A stretch of DNA of 41,009 bases from Hominenteromicrobium sp. Lineage in GTDB: Bacteria > Bacillota > Clostridia > Oscillospirales > Acutalibacteraceae. This document shows, in pieces, positions 17,951-25,774 of this stretch. The notes under the pieces were generated by a model. It saw nothing but the letters and a program-made list of their open reading frames with translations. It had not been told where the DNA came from and did not search any database. The DNA lies in NCBI GenBank assembly GCA_051880755.1, contig JBJEOO010000174.1, positions 1 to 41,009 of the forward strand. The letters are read 5' to 3'. A program made the translations under genes and the position numbers. Numbering within the stretch: position 1 is the stretch's first letter; each line of letters opens with the position of its first letter.

Positions 17951-18908
17951 AATTCTGAAGGGCGCGCAGATGGTCGGCGCCGATGCGCTTGCGCAGATCA
18001 ACGGCTACACACGCCGGCCGTACAGCGCGGAGGAAATCTACACCTTTTCGGTGGTGCTCTGCGACAATGAAGTGGACCGCGATTTCGAGTGCTTCACCCA
18101 GAAGACGCTTGAGCAGCTTGCGGCACTGTTTGTCGGCAAAACGGGCATTCTGGACCACGAGCATTCCAGCCGCAATCAGTCGGCACGCATCTACGCGGCT
18201 GAGGTCCGCACATTCCCGGAAAAACGCACGTCCCGCGGCGAGGTCTATGCTCAGCTTGTCGCCGGCGCGTATATCCCGCGCGGCGAGGAAACCAACGCGC
18301 TGATCGAGTCGATTGAAAGCGGTATCCGCAAGGAGGTCAGCGTGAGCTGTGCGGTCGCAAAGCGCACCTGCTCGATCTGCGGTCAGGAAAGCTGCGGTCA
18401 TCTGCGCGGCAGAATGTATGACGGCAAGCGCTGCGTGCGGATTCTGGAGGATGCAACCGATGCGTATGAGTTTTCGTTTGTGGCAGTGCCCGCGCAGCGC
18501 GCGGCGGGCGTTGTGAAGCAGTTTTCGCGCGCGGAGAAAGGGGAGATCCGGTCGGTGAACGACATTCTGAAAAAGCTCGAAACGGAGGAAAGCGTGACGA
18601 TTTCGGGGACGGAGGCGGAACGGCTTCGCGGAGAACTGAAGGCGCTTGAGGAACGGGCCGCCTGCGGAGACCGCTATCGCGCGTCGCTCTGTGCCCAAAT
18701 CGCAAAATACAGCGCCGTGGCACAGCCTGCGCTGAAGCGCGGCATTCTGGACGCGATGCTCAAGGGACTGACGATCGGGGAGTTGGAGGAAACCGCCGGC
18801 GTTCTCGGCAAAATGGCAGAGGCGCATCTGCCGGTTATGCCGCAGCTCGCCGGAGACAGGACGGACACACAGGAAAAAACCGCGGATGACCGCGCGTTTT
18901 GCATTTAA
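17940..18908 (+). CDS. Prohead protease / scaffold fusion with Cys/His insertion
   Basis: Between portal and capsid. EVDRDFE, ILDH, KEVSVS and EFSFVAVPAQ resemble HK97-type protease motifs. CSICG..CGH..C insert and helical C-terminus. Confidence 0.68.
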   Translation: MNGKILKGAQMVGADALAQINGYTRRPYSAEEIYTFSVVLCDNEVDRDFECFTQKTLEQLAALFVGKTGILDHEHSSRNQSARIYAAEVRTFPEKRTSRGEVYAQLVAGAYIPRGEETNALIESIESGIRKEVSVSCAVAKRTCSICGQESCGHLRGRMYDGKRCVRILEDATDAYEFSFVAVPAQRAAGVVKQFSRAEKGEIRSVNDILKKLETEESVTISGTEAERLRGELKALEERAACGDRYRASLCAQIAKYSAVAQPALKRGILDAMLKGLTIGELEETAGVLGKMAEAHLPVMPQLAGDRTDTQEKTADDRAFCI

Positions 18909-18931
18909 ACATTCTGAAAGGGGAAATCATC

Positions 18932-19933
18932 ATGGCATTTGAAAACATCACACTCGAAAAGGGCATGTACGGCGTTCCGGGCAAGAGCTTCACACAGGTG
19001 CTCGAAGAGCTGGACGGCTCCCAGAATTACACGGGCACGCCGCTTGCGGGGCTTGATGCCTACCAGCGCCAGCTCAAGCGCTTCGGCATCCGCGTGAGCG
19101 GCCCGAGCTGCGACACCGTGGAGAAGTTCTTCACCTCCTCCCAGAGCGCGGCGCTTTTCCCGGAATATGTCGCCCGCGCGGTGCGTCAGGGCATGGAGAT
19201 GGCAAACCATCTGCCCGATATGGTGGCGACCGTCACCAAAATCGATACGCTCGATTACCGCACCATTCAGGCGGAGACGGCGGAGAGCGAGAAGATTGCG
19301 GATCCGGTCGCAGAGGGAAGCGCTATCCCGCAGACCGTCGTTAAGACGGGCAGCGCGCTCGTTACGCTCAAGAAGCGCGGCCGCATGATTGTCAGCTCGT
19401 ATGAAGCGCTGCGCCACCACAGACTGGATCTGTTCACGGTTATCCTGCGTCAGATCGGCGTTTACATCGCGCGCAGACAGATGAAGGATGCGGTTGACGT
19501 GCTGCTGAACGGCGACGGCTCGAACGGCGGGATCACGGTCACCGCGCTGTCGGCGGCGCCGACGTACAGTGACCTTGTCACCCTTTGGGGCAAGCTCGCG
19601 GACTATCATTTCAACACGATTCTGGCCGGCACAACGGCGCTGCAGGACCTGCTGAAGATCAGCGAATTCAAGGATGCGCAGGCAGGTCTCAACATCAGCG
19701 GCGCGGGCAAGCTGATCACACCGCTGGGCGCAACGCTGATCCATGTGCCGTCCATGGACGCGAAAAAGCTCATTGCGCTCGACCGGAACTGTGCGCTTGA
19801 AATGGTGCAGGCGGGCGATGTGCTTACCGACTACGACAAGCTGATCGACCGCCAGATGGAGCGTGCGGCGATTACCGCCGTCGCGGGCTTCGCGCAGATT
19901 TACGGCGATGCCGCGCAGGGCCTGAGCTATTGA
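18932..19933 (+). CDS. Major capsid protein (HK97-like fold expected)
   Basis: 333 aa, strong RBS GAAAGGGG. LFPEYV, VAEGSAIP, LKKRGR..SYE and LLNGDG capsid-like motifs; followed by a stem-loop. Confidence 0.82.
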   Translation: MAFENITLEKGMYGVPGKSFTQVLEELDGSQNYTGTPLAGLDAYQRQLKRFGIRVSGPSCDTVEKFFTSSQSAALFPEYVARAVRQGMEMANHLPDMVATVTKIDTLDYRTIQAETAESEKIADPVAEGSAIPQTVVKTGSALVTLKKRGRMIVSSYEALRHHRLDLFTVILRQIGVYIARRQMKDAVDVLLNGDGSNGGITVTALSAAPTYSDLVTLWGKLADYHFNTILAGTTALQDLLKISEFKDAQAGLNISGAGKLITPLGATLIHVPSMDAKKLIALDRNCALEMVQAGDVLTDYDKLIDRQMERAAITAVAGFAQIYGDAAQGLSY

Positions 19934-19948
19934 TTTAAGTTGACGCGC

Positions 19949-19973
19949 GCCGTCCCGGATTTTCCGGGACGGC
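19949..19973 (+). other. GC-rich stem-loop after the capsid gene (mRNA stabiliser or partial terminator)
   Basis: GCCGTCCCGGA-TTT-TCCGGGACGGC with no U tract. Confidence 0.6.
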
Positions 19974-19999
19974 AGAACGCGCGGAAAGGTGTGGGGCAA

Positions 20000-20356
20000 A
20001 TGAAATTGGAAACGGTACAGAACCGGCTTCGCCTGCTGACGGATGACGACCGCGCGGAGCTGCTCACGCTGCTGGCGTCCGATGCCGTGCGCATGCTTTC
20101 GGAACGTGTGGCCGGCACGGCGGAGGAGCTTGCGGAAAAGGAGGACGCGCTGTGCGCCGCGGCCGCGGCGTATGCGGCGTATCAGCTTGCGCTGCTGGAC
20201 GAAGCGCAGTCTCCGGACAGCGTGACGGCCGGCGAGGTGCGCGCGGAGTTCAAAACCGGCAGCGAAAAGGCGCAGGCGTATTATAGGCAGTGTATGCGTG
20301 AGCTGTCCGGTATTCTGCGCGACGACGCGTTTTACTTCGGGGGTGTTCGGACATGA
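20000..20356 (+). CDS. Head-tail adaptor/connector protein
   Basis: 118 aa helical protein right after the capsid gene, with SVTAGEVRAEF beta-hairpin-like motif; RBS GAAAGGTG. Confidence 0.55.
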   Translation: MKLETVQNRLRLLTDDDRAELLTLLASDAVRMLSERVAGTAEELAEKEDALCAAAAAYAAYQLALLDEAQSPDSVTAGEVRAEFKTGSEKAQAYYRQCMRELSGILRDDAFYFGGVRT

Positions 20357-20685
20357 GACGTCTCATCCGTACGCTGTTCCGGCGTGCGCAGCCGGTTGTT
20401 GTGACGGCAGCGGGAAAAACCGTGAGCCGCCGCGGAGTCATCCGCGCGCTCGGACGGAATGCGCAGGATTTTACGACCTTTGACCTGCTGCGCTGCGGAA
20501 GGCTGGAAATGCCGCTGTATCTTTATCTCGGCGACGCGCAGGAGCTGCTCGGCGCGGACAATGCGCAGCTTTTCTGCGGCGGAGAGACATACACGGTGCT
20601 GGAGGCCGCGCCGGCAGACGGCTTCTGCGGACGCGCCTATGTGCGCGCCGTGCTGGAAAGGAGGACGGCGGATGACGGGCAGTGA
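20353..20685 (+). CDS. Putative head-closure (stopper) protein
   Basis: 110 aa, beta-rich, ATGA-coupled to the adaptor. Call rests on gene order. Confidence 0.45.
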   Translation: MRRLIRTLFRRAQPVVVTAAGKTVSRRGVIRALGRNAQDFTTFDLLRCGRLEMPLYLYLGDAQELLGADNAQLFCGGETYTVLEAAPADGFCGRAYVRAVLERRTADDGQ

Positions 20686-21343
20686 GCTTGCCGCGGCGCT
20701 TCTGGAAAAGCTGCGGACGATGCTGCCGGAAACGGAAGTGCATGCGGCTTTTTCCGGCAGCATGACGCGAAAGCCCGAAAAGCCGGTGCTGTGTATCGGG
20801 CTGCTGAGTGAAACCCGTGCGGAGGACGGGGGCAGCGCAAAGCTCGGCGTGTGGCTCTATACGCCGCCGTCGGCCGTGCCGGGCGATCTCTTTGCGGCCG
20901 TGTGCGCCGCGCTGCAGGAGATTCCCTGCACGGTGCGCAGCGTGACGCGCGGCGAGACGAAATACGACGGCACGGCGGGCTGTCTAGTGACGCCGTGCAC
21001 CATCCTTGCCGTGACGGCTGCGGCGGAAAACCGCACGGCCGTGGCGATCAACGGCGTCGGCTATTGGGCAGACAGCGTTTCCGTGTCTACGGAGATGCAG
21101 ACCAAGCGGTACGGTTCCGTGGGCGAGGAAAAGCCGCATACGGTGGTGAACGGTGCAAAGACATACCGGGTCACGCTGGCCGGCTTCACCGGCGGCACGG
21201 AGCTGCTGGGTCTGGAGAGCTTTGTGACGGAGACGGCGGGCGTGCGGTATGCGCCGTGCGCATGGAAAAGAATTGAACCGGACCGTCTGGTTCTGGAAGC
21301 GGGCGGCGCGGAAAATGTTACGGAAGGCGGGGACAACGCATAA
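20672..21343 (+). CDS. Putative tail-terminator / tail-tube-like two-domain protein
   Basis: RBS AAGGAGG, ATG 20672, 223 aa. N-half resembles tail completion proteins; C-half (VAING..SVSVS..GEEKP..GAKTYRVTL..YAPCAW) resembles tube folds. Confidence 0.45.
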   Translation: MTGSELAAALLEKLRTMLPETEVHAAFSGSMTRKPEKPVLCIGLLSETRAEDGGSAKLGVWLYTPPSAVPGDLFAAVCAALQEIPCTVRSVTRGETKYDGTAGCLVTPCTILAVTAAAENRTAVAINGVGYWADSVSVSTEMQTKRYGSVGEEKPHTVVNGAKTYRVTLAGFTGGTELLGLESFVTETAGVRYAPCAWKRIEPDRLVLEAGGAENVTEGGDNA

Positions 21344-21344
21344 A

Positions 21345-21434
21345 ATGGAAGATGAGTATGAGATGATGCGCGCGCTCTCCGATGCACTGGAGCGCGACGG
21401 GCGGCGCTATCCCGCGCCGATCCGCACGGCCTGA
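21345..21434 (+). CDS. 29-aa ORF in the tape-measure position
   Basis: TAAAATG coupling; MEDEYEMMRALSDALERDGRRYPAPIRTA* fills most of the gap before the next RBS. Confidence 0.45.
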   Translation: MEDEYEMMRALSDALERDGRRYPAPIRTA

Positions 21435-21454
21435 GCGCGGGGAGGGAGACGGCG

Positions 21455-21967
21455 ATGACAAATTTGATGACGATGTGCTTCGGCGATTTTGAATTTCCGT
21501 TCAATCCGGCTGAGCTGCAGGTGGAGCTGGCCGCGCTGCTGCGCGAGCGTGTTTCGGTGCAGGGCGAAACATGTGTGCAGCCGGTCGGCATGCGCCGAAA
21601 GCGGGTGCGCGGCAAGGGCTTTTTCACCGGCGAACAGGCGATGGCCGATTACCTGCGGCTGGAAGCGCTGTTCGGCGAAACGCACACGCTGTTTCTGCCG
21701 GGCCGCAGGCCGTTTGAGGCGGTGCTGAGCGAGCTGACGCTTTCGGGCGTGCAGGAGAAAAACGTGGTGGCCTACAGCTTCTGCTTTGTGGAGACGGCCG
21801 GCACGGTGCAAAGCGTTTCGGGGCAGACCTATCTTGCGAAGGGCGGTGAAAGCCTGTGGGATTACGCGTATTTCACGGGCGTTCCGATTGACCGTCTCGC
21901 GGCGGCAAACCGGCATCTCGCGTGTATTGCGTCGCTTGCGCCGGGAGAGGAGGTTCATATCCCTTGA
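21455..21967 (+). CDS. LysM-containing tube-initiator/baseplate protein (XkdP-like)
   Basis: FPFNPAEL N-terminus; C-terminal LysM-like TYLAKGGESLWDYA...LAAAN...LAPGEEVHIP. Confidence 0.68.
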   Translation: MTNLMTMCFGDFEFPFNPAELQVELAALLRERVSVQGETCVQPVGMRRKRVRGKGFFTGEQAMADYLRLEALFGETHTLFLPGRRPFEAVLSELTLSGVQEKNVVAYSFCFVETAGTVQSVSGQTYLAKGGESLWDYAYFTGVPIDRLAAANRHLACIASLAPGEEVHIP

Positions 21968-22887
21968 TGCGGATAGTCTTTTTGTTCGCGGACGGCACCG
22001 AAGCGGAAGCGGACAGTCAGCCGGTGCGCATTTCGCTTCAGCGCGATGAGGATACGCCGGCGGACAGTCTGGAGCTGACCTATACGCCGTCCGGGCCGCT
22101 GCTGAATCGGGAGCCGTGCGGCGTGCGCATGGAGCGCGGCGGTACGGTACTGTTCTCCGGCATTCTGGACGAGCACAGCGTGCGGACCAGCGGCGGCGTG
22201 CGCACGGAGTTTTTTGCCCTGCGCAGCCGGGCGGCGGCACTGCTCGATAATGAAGCGCAGCCGGGACAGCTTCGGATGCCCTCACTGCGGCTGATTGAAA
22301 CGCTGTTTCTGCTGCCGTTCGGTCTGCGGGCCGAGGGCGGGGATTTTCGCCCTAAGGCCGGCGAATTCGTCGTTGAAAAGGGGACGAGCTGCTGGGAAGC
22401 GGTGTGCGGCTTTTCGTCGGCCTTCCTGCACCGCACCCCGCACTGCCTGCGCGACGGCACGCTGTGCTTTTCGGAGCGTGCGGCAAAGACGCTGCGGCTT
22501 GCCGGGGTGCAGGAGACGGAGCTTCTGCACCGCCCGTACGCCCGGCTGAGCCGCATCGTGGTTCAGAACACACGCACCGGCGCGTACAACACCGTGTATG
22601 AAAACCCGGCGGCGGCAGGCGTCAGCCGTGTGCGGTATCTTTCGGCGTATGCCAGAACCGCGCCGGAAACGCTGATTGCGGACGGTGAACGGGAGGCCCT
22701 TCGGCTCCGTGTGGTATGCGCAGGCTTTGCGGATGCCGAGCCGGGCGATCTGTATGAAGCCGCACACCTCAGCCCGATGTGCGGCAGCATGCGGCTGACG
22801 GCGCTGCGCTACCGGTGTACGGACGGCGCGGAGGAAACGACGCTCACCTTTGAGCCAAGTGAAGTTTCGGAAAAAGAGGGGGAATGA
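21967..22887 (+). CDS. Baseplate hub protein (XkdQ/Mu gp44-like)
   Basis: TGATG-coupled, 306 aa. PADSL, VLFSGILDE, RSRAAALLDNEA; lies between LysM and spike genes. Confidence 0.62.
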   Translation: MRIVFLFADGTEAEADSQPVRISLQRDEDTPADSLELTYTPSGPLLNREPCGVRMERGGTVLFSGILDEHSVRTSGGVRTEFFALRSRAAALLDNEAQPGQLRMPSLRLIETLFLLPFGLRAEGGDFRPKAGEFVVEKGTSCWEAVCGFSSAFLHRTPHCLRDGTLCFSERAAKTLRLAGVQETELLHRPYARLSRIVVQNTRTGAYNTVYENPAAAGVSRVRYLSAYARTAPETLIADGEREALRLRVVCAGFADAEPGDLYEAAHLSPMCGSMRLTALRYRCTDGAEETTLTFEPSEVSEKEGE

Positions 22888-22891
22888 AGGC

Positions 22892-23248
22892 ATGTGGCTT
22901 TCAAAGCGAACGGCGGAAACGCAGGCGGTGCAGACCGCAAAAACCGGCGTTGTCACCACGGGCGGCGAAGCAATCAGCGTGCGCACCGACATGGAGCGCC
23001 GCGCGCCGGCGGTTGCGGTGCCTTACGGCATGGCGGTTTGCCTGCCGCAGGGGGAAAAGGTTGTGATGCTGCCGGAAAGCGGGGTCTGCATCGGCGCGGT
23101 CAACCGCGCGGCGGGCCTTCTGCCCGGCGAAGTGCGGCTTTTCTCCGCGGGCGGCGCGGAGATTCTGCTGCGGGCGGACGGCGCGGTGGTCATCAACGGG
23201 CAGGTATTCCCGAAAGCGGAGGTGCAGGATGGAGATCAGACTGAATGA
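22892..23248 (+). CDS. Baseplate spike protein (Mu gp45/XkdR-like), short
   Basis: PYGMAVCLPQGEKVV and LLPGEVRLFSAGGAEILLRADGAVVING, typical of gp45-type spikes. Confidence 0.65.
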   Translation: MWLSKRTAETQAVQTAKTGVVTTGGEAISVRTDMERRAPAVAVPYGMAVCLPQGEKVVMLPESGVCIGAVNRAAGLLPGEVRLFSAGGAEILLRADGAVVINGQVFPKAEVQDGDQTE

Positions 23249-23579
23249 CGGAAGCATTTGCCAGAACGGACTGGGTCTGCCGGAAACAGCGGAAGGGCTC
23301 GATGCGCTCATGCAGCGGGCCTATATCCGGCTGAATACGGTGCGGGGCAGCTTTCCGTATGACCGGACGCTCGGCAGCCGGATTCCGCAGATGGCGGTCA
23401 CGACCGGCCATGCGGAGGAACGGGCGCTCGGCTTTGCGCGGGAGGCGCTGCTCGGCTGCCCGGAGATCACGGCGGAGCGGGCGGAAATCCACGGAAACGC
23501 GGTGACGGTGTTCCTTTCAACACCGCTCGGTTCGGGAAGCGTTACGGTTGAAAAGGAGGAAACAGCCGATGAACTTTGA
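23229..23579 (+). CDS. Baseplate wedge protein (Mu gp46/XkdS/gp25-like)
   Basis: QRAYIRL..RGSFPYDRTLGSRI and AREAL motifs; precedes baseplate J. Confidence 0.65.
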   Translation: MEIRLNDGSICQNGLGLPETAEGLDALMQRAYIRLNTVRGSFPYDRTLGSRIPQMAVTTGHAEERALGFAREALLGCPEITAERAEIHGNAVTVFLSTPLGSGSVTVEKEETADEL

Positions 23580-24627
23580 GGAGATTTATGCGCGCATGGC
23601 GCAGACGTATGCGTCGCTTGCCGGCTTCGAGCCGGATGACGCCTCGGACGCGGGCATTCGCCTGCGTGTGCTGGCGGGCGAAATCTATACCGCGCTGTGT
23701 GCGCTCGAAACGGTGCGTGACGCGGCGTTCCCGCAGACGGCAGCGGGCGAAGCGCTTGACCTGCACGCCGGGGAACGCGGCCTTGCCCGCAAGCCCGCCG
23801 TGCGCGCGAAAGGCACGCTGACCTTTTCCCGCGGCACGCCGCTGACCTACGATGTTGAAATCCCCTGCGGGACGGTCTGCGCGGCGTCCGGGGCAGCGGC
23901 GGAATTTGAAACGACGGAGGCGGCGGTGCTTGCGGCGGGGGAGCTTTCGGTGACGGCTGCGGCGCAGGCAGTCACCGGCGGCAGAGCGTTCAACGCGGCG
24001 GTTCACGCGGTGGATACGCTCGTCACACCGCCGGCGGGCATCGAAAGCGTGCGGAATGATACCGCGTTTTCGGGCGGCTCTGACGAGGAAAGCGATGATG
24101 CGCTGCGCAGACGGCTGCTGGCGAGCTACAGTGTGCTGCCCAACGGCGCGAACAGCGAGACATACCGCCGCGCGGCTCTGCAGATTCCCGGTGTCGAGCA
24201 TGTGAATGTTGTGCCGCGCGCAAACGGGATCGGTACGGTTGCCGTCTATCTGTACGGCGACCGCGCGGCCGTAACGGAGGAAACCGTCACGGCCGTGCAG
24301 ACGGTGCTCGATGCGCTGCGTGAGATCAATGTCGATGTGACCGTCGCGGCGGCGGAGCCGGTTTCAAAGCGCGTGACCATGTACATTGTGCCGAAGGACG
24401 GCTGCGGCTTTTCGGATGTGAAGGCCATCTGTGAGGAGGCGGTGCGCGCGTATTTTGACACGCTGTCCGTCGGTGATCCGTTTGTGGCGGCCGCCGTGGT
24501 AGGCGCCATCATGCAGACCGGCGCGGTGAAAAACTGCTCGCTGCCCGCGAGCGTCACGGATTACGCCGCGGCTGCGGATGAAATCGTCGTGCCCGGCGAG
24601 ATTACGGCGCTGCAGACGCAGCTGTAA
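23569..24627 (+). CDS. Baseplate J/gp47 family protein (XkdT-like)
   Basis: FPQTAAGEALDLHA..RGLARKPA..AKG, GGSDEESDDALRRR, GAN..Y..AL, PRANGIGTV; RBS AAGGAGG. Confidence 0.88.
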   Translation: MNFEEIYARMAQTYASLAGFEPDDASDAGIRLRVLAGEIYTALCALETVRDAAFPQTAAGEALDLHAGERGLARKPAVRAKGTLTFSRGTPLTYDVEIPCGTVCAASGAAAEFETTEAAVLAAGELSVTAAAQAVTGGRAFNAAVHAVDTLVTPPAGIESVRNDTAFSGGSDEESDDALRRRLLASYSVLPNGANSETYRRAALQIPGVEHVNVVPRANGIGTVAVYLYGDRAAVTEETVTAVQTVLDALREINVDVTVAAAEPVSKRVTMYIVPKDGCGFSDVKAICEEAVRAYFDTLSVGDPFVAAAVVGAIMQTGAVKNCSLPASVTDYAAAADEIVVPGEITALQTQL

Positions 24628-24639
24628 GGGGGCGTGAAT

Positions 24640-25194
24640 ATGACGGAAGCGGAAATCAGAATGCGGCGCATTCTGATTCATACCGGCCTGTATACGGGTG
24701 AGGACAAAATTTTCTCCGCAGAGATGGCGGCCTACGGCGCAGGGCTTGAAATCCTGTCGGAGGCGCTGGAAAAGCTCCGCAACGGCCTGTTTGTGCAGAC
24801 GGCCGGGGCGGACGGACTGGAACGGTTTGAGAAGCTGTTCCGCATCCGCCCTTCATCGGATAATCCGGAGATCCGGCGCGCCATGCTGCTGGAACGCGGC
24901 GCCGTAACTCCGGCGGACCACACAAAAGCGGCGCTGGAAAAGCAGCTTCTGGCCGCCGGCATCCGCGGCACAATCGTGGAGAATGATCAGGACGGTCTGA
25001 ATGTCAATGTGCAGGAGGTGCTCGGCATCTCGGAAACGGCGGCGGAAAGCGAAGCGCGCGCTTTTATGCCGGCGCACCTGCCGTGCGTATTCGATTTCGG
25101 CAGCGTTACATGGGATGCCGCAGACGACGCGGCGCTCACGTTTGACGAGATGGATGCGAAGGACTACACATGGGATCAGATCGACAGCTTGTAA
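24640..25194 (+). CDS. Baseplate protein (XkdU/YmfQ/Mu gp48-like)
   Basis: LFVQTA..GLERFE, RRAML, PAHL, acidic TWD/TFD/TWD C-terminal repeats; follows baseplate J. Confidence 0.68.
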   Translation: MTEAEIRMRRILIHTGLYTGEDKIFSAEMAAYGAGLEILSEALEKLRNGLFVQTAGADGLERFEKLFRIRPSSDNPEIRRAMLLERGAVTPADHTKAALEKQLLAAGIRGTIVENDQDGLNVNVQEVLGISETAAESEARAFMPAHLPCVFDFGSVTWDAADDAALTFDEMDAKDYTWDQIDSL

Positions 25195-25212
25195 CGGAAA
25201 GGATGATGGCAA

Positions 25213-25680
25213 ATGGCAGCAAGTGAAAAGACGCCCGTACTGGGGCTTTCGCTCTGGGCGGGAACGGACAAGCCGCGCCGTGCGGATTTCGTGGCGGATC
25301 ATACCGCGCTGGAAACCGTCGTCGGCGGGCATCTCAACGACGGAGACCGGCATCTGGATGAGGAACGGCGCGCCAGACTGGACGCGCCCATAGAGGTACG
25401 GACCTATACGGGTACGGGCGCACAGACGCGCTCGCTGGTCTTCCCGTTCAGCCCGTCCGCCGTTGTGGTCTTTGCGGTCGGGAAAGGCGCATCGGTCTGT
25501 ACGGATGGCTGTACAAAGCATTATGCGGGCTTTTCCGCCGGCGGGCAGCACAGCCTCGGCGTAGAGCTGAGCACGGTGCAGGTGAGCGTATCGCAGTCGC
25601 AGACCGAACCGGATGCGGGCGGCAGCATGGCGGCGCTCAATGAGGCCGGGGTTACATACGCCATTCTGGCGTTCCGCTGA
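25213..25680 (+). CDS. Short tail-fibre/receptor-binding-like protein
   Basis: N-terminal KTPVLGLSLW..TDKP.RADF resembles fibre attachment domains; TYTGTG..LVFPFSP beta domain; last gene of the operon. Confidence 0.5.
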   Translation: MAASEKTPVLGLSLWAGTDKPRRADFVADHTALETVVGGHLNDGDRHLDEERRARLDAPIEVRTYTGTGAQTRSLVFPFSPSAVVVFAVGKGASVCTDGCTKHYAGFSAGGQHSLGVELSTVQVSVSQSQTEPDAGGSMAALNEAGVTYAILAFR

Positions 25681-25706
25681 ACCTGAAGCGGCGCGGCGGA
25701 CAAAGC

Positions 25707-25738
25707 AAAGCGGCATGGCTTTTCAGCCATGCCGCTTT
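25707..25738. terminator. Bidirectional terminator (right boundary of phage-like operon)
   Basis: AAAGCGGCATGGCT-TTTC-AGCCATGCCGCTTT between convergent genes. Confidence 0.78.
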
Positions 25739-25774
25739 CGCAAACGTATGAAATTCTGTTATGCCCGGTATGTC

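Larger units (their letters stand above)
15292..25680 (+). mobile_element. Phage-derived morphogenesis operon (GTA-like or domesticated prophage): head + neck + baseplate, 16 ORFs
   Basis: Co-oriented, mostly overlapping or abutting ORFs from terS to a fibre-like gene. No recognisable integrase, repressor, replication, lysis, sheath or long TMP gene. Flanked by hairpin terminators and host metabolic genes. Confidence 0.85.

Noticed and set aside
18932-19933. Encapsulin nanocompartment
   Set aside because: The capsid gene sits with terminase, portal, protease and neck genes, indicating a DNA-packaging head.
20000-25680. Tailocin, eCIS or T6SS
   Set aside because: These need a sheath and lack heads. 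Here terminase, portal and capsid are present and no sheath is visible.
15065-25774. Complete temperate prophage with att sites
   Set aside because: No integrase, repressor, replication or lysis genes, no adjacent tRNA, and no direct repeat found by eye between the two flanks.
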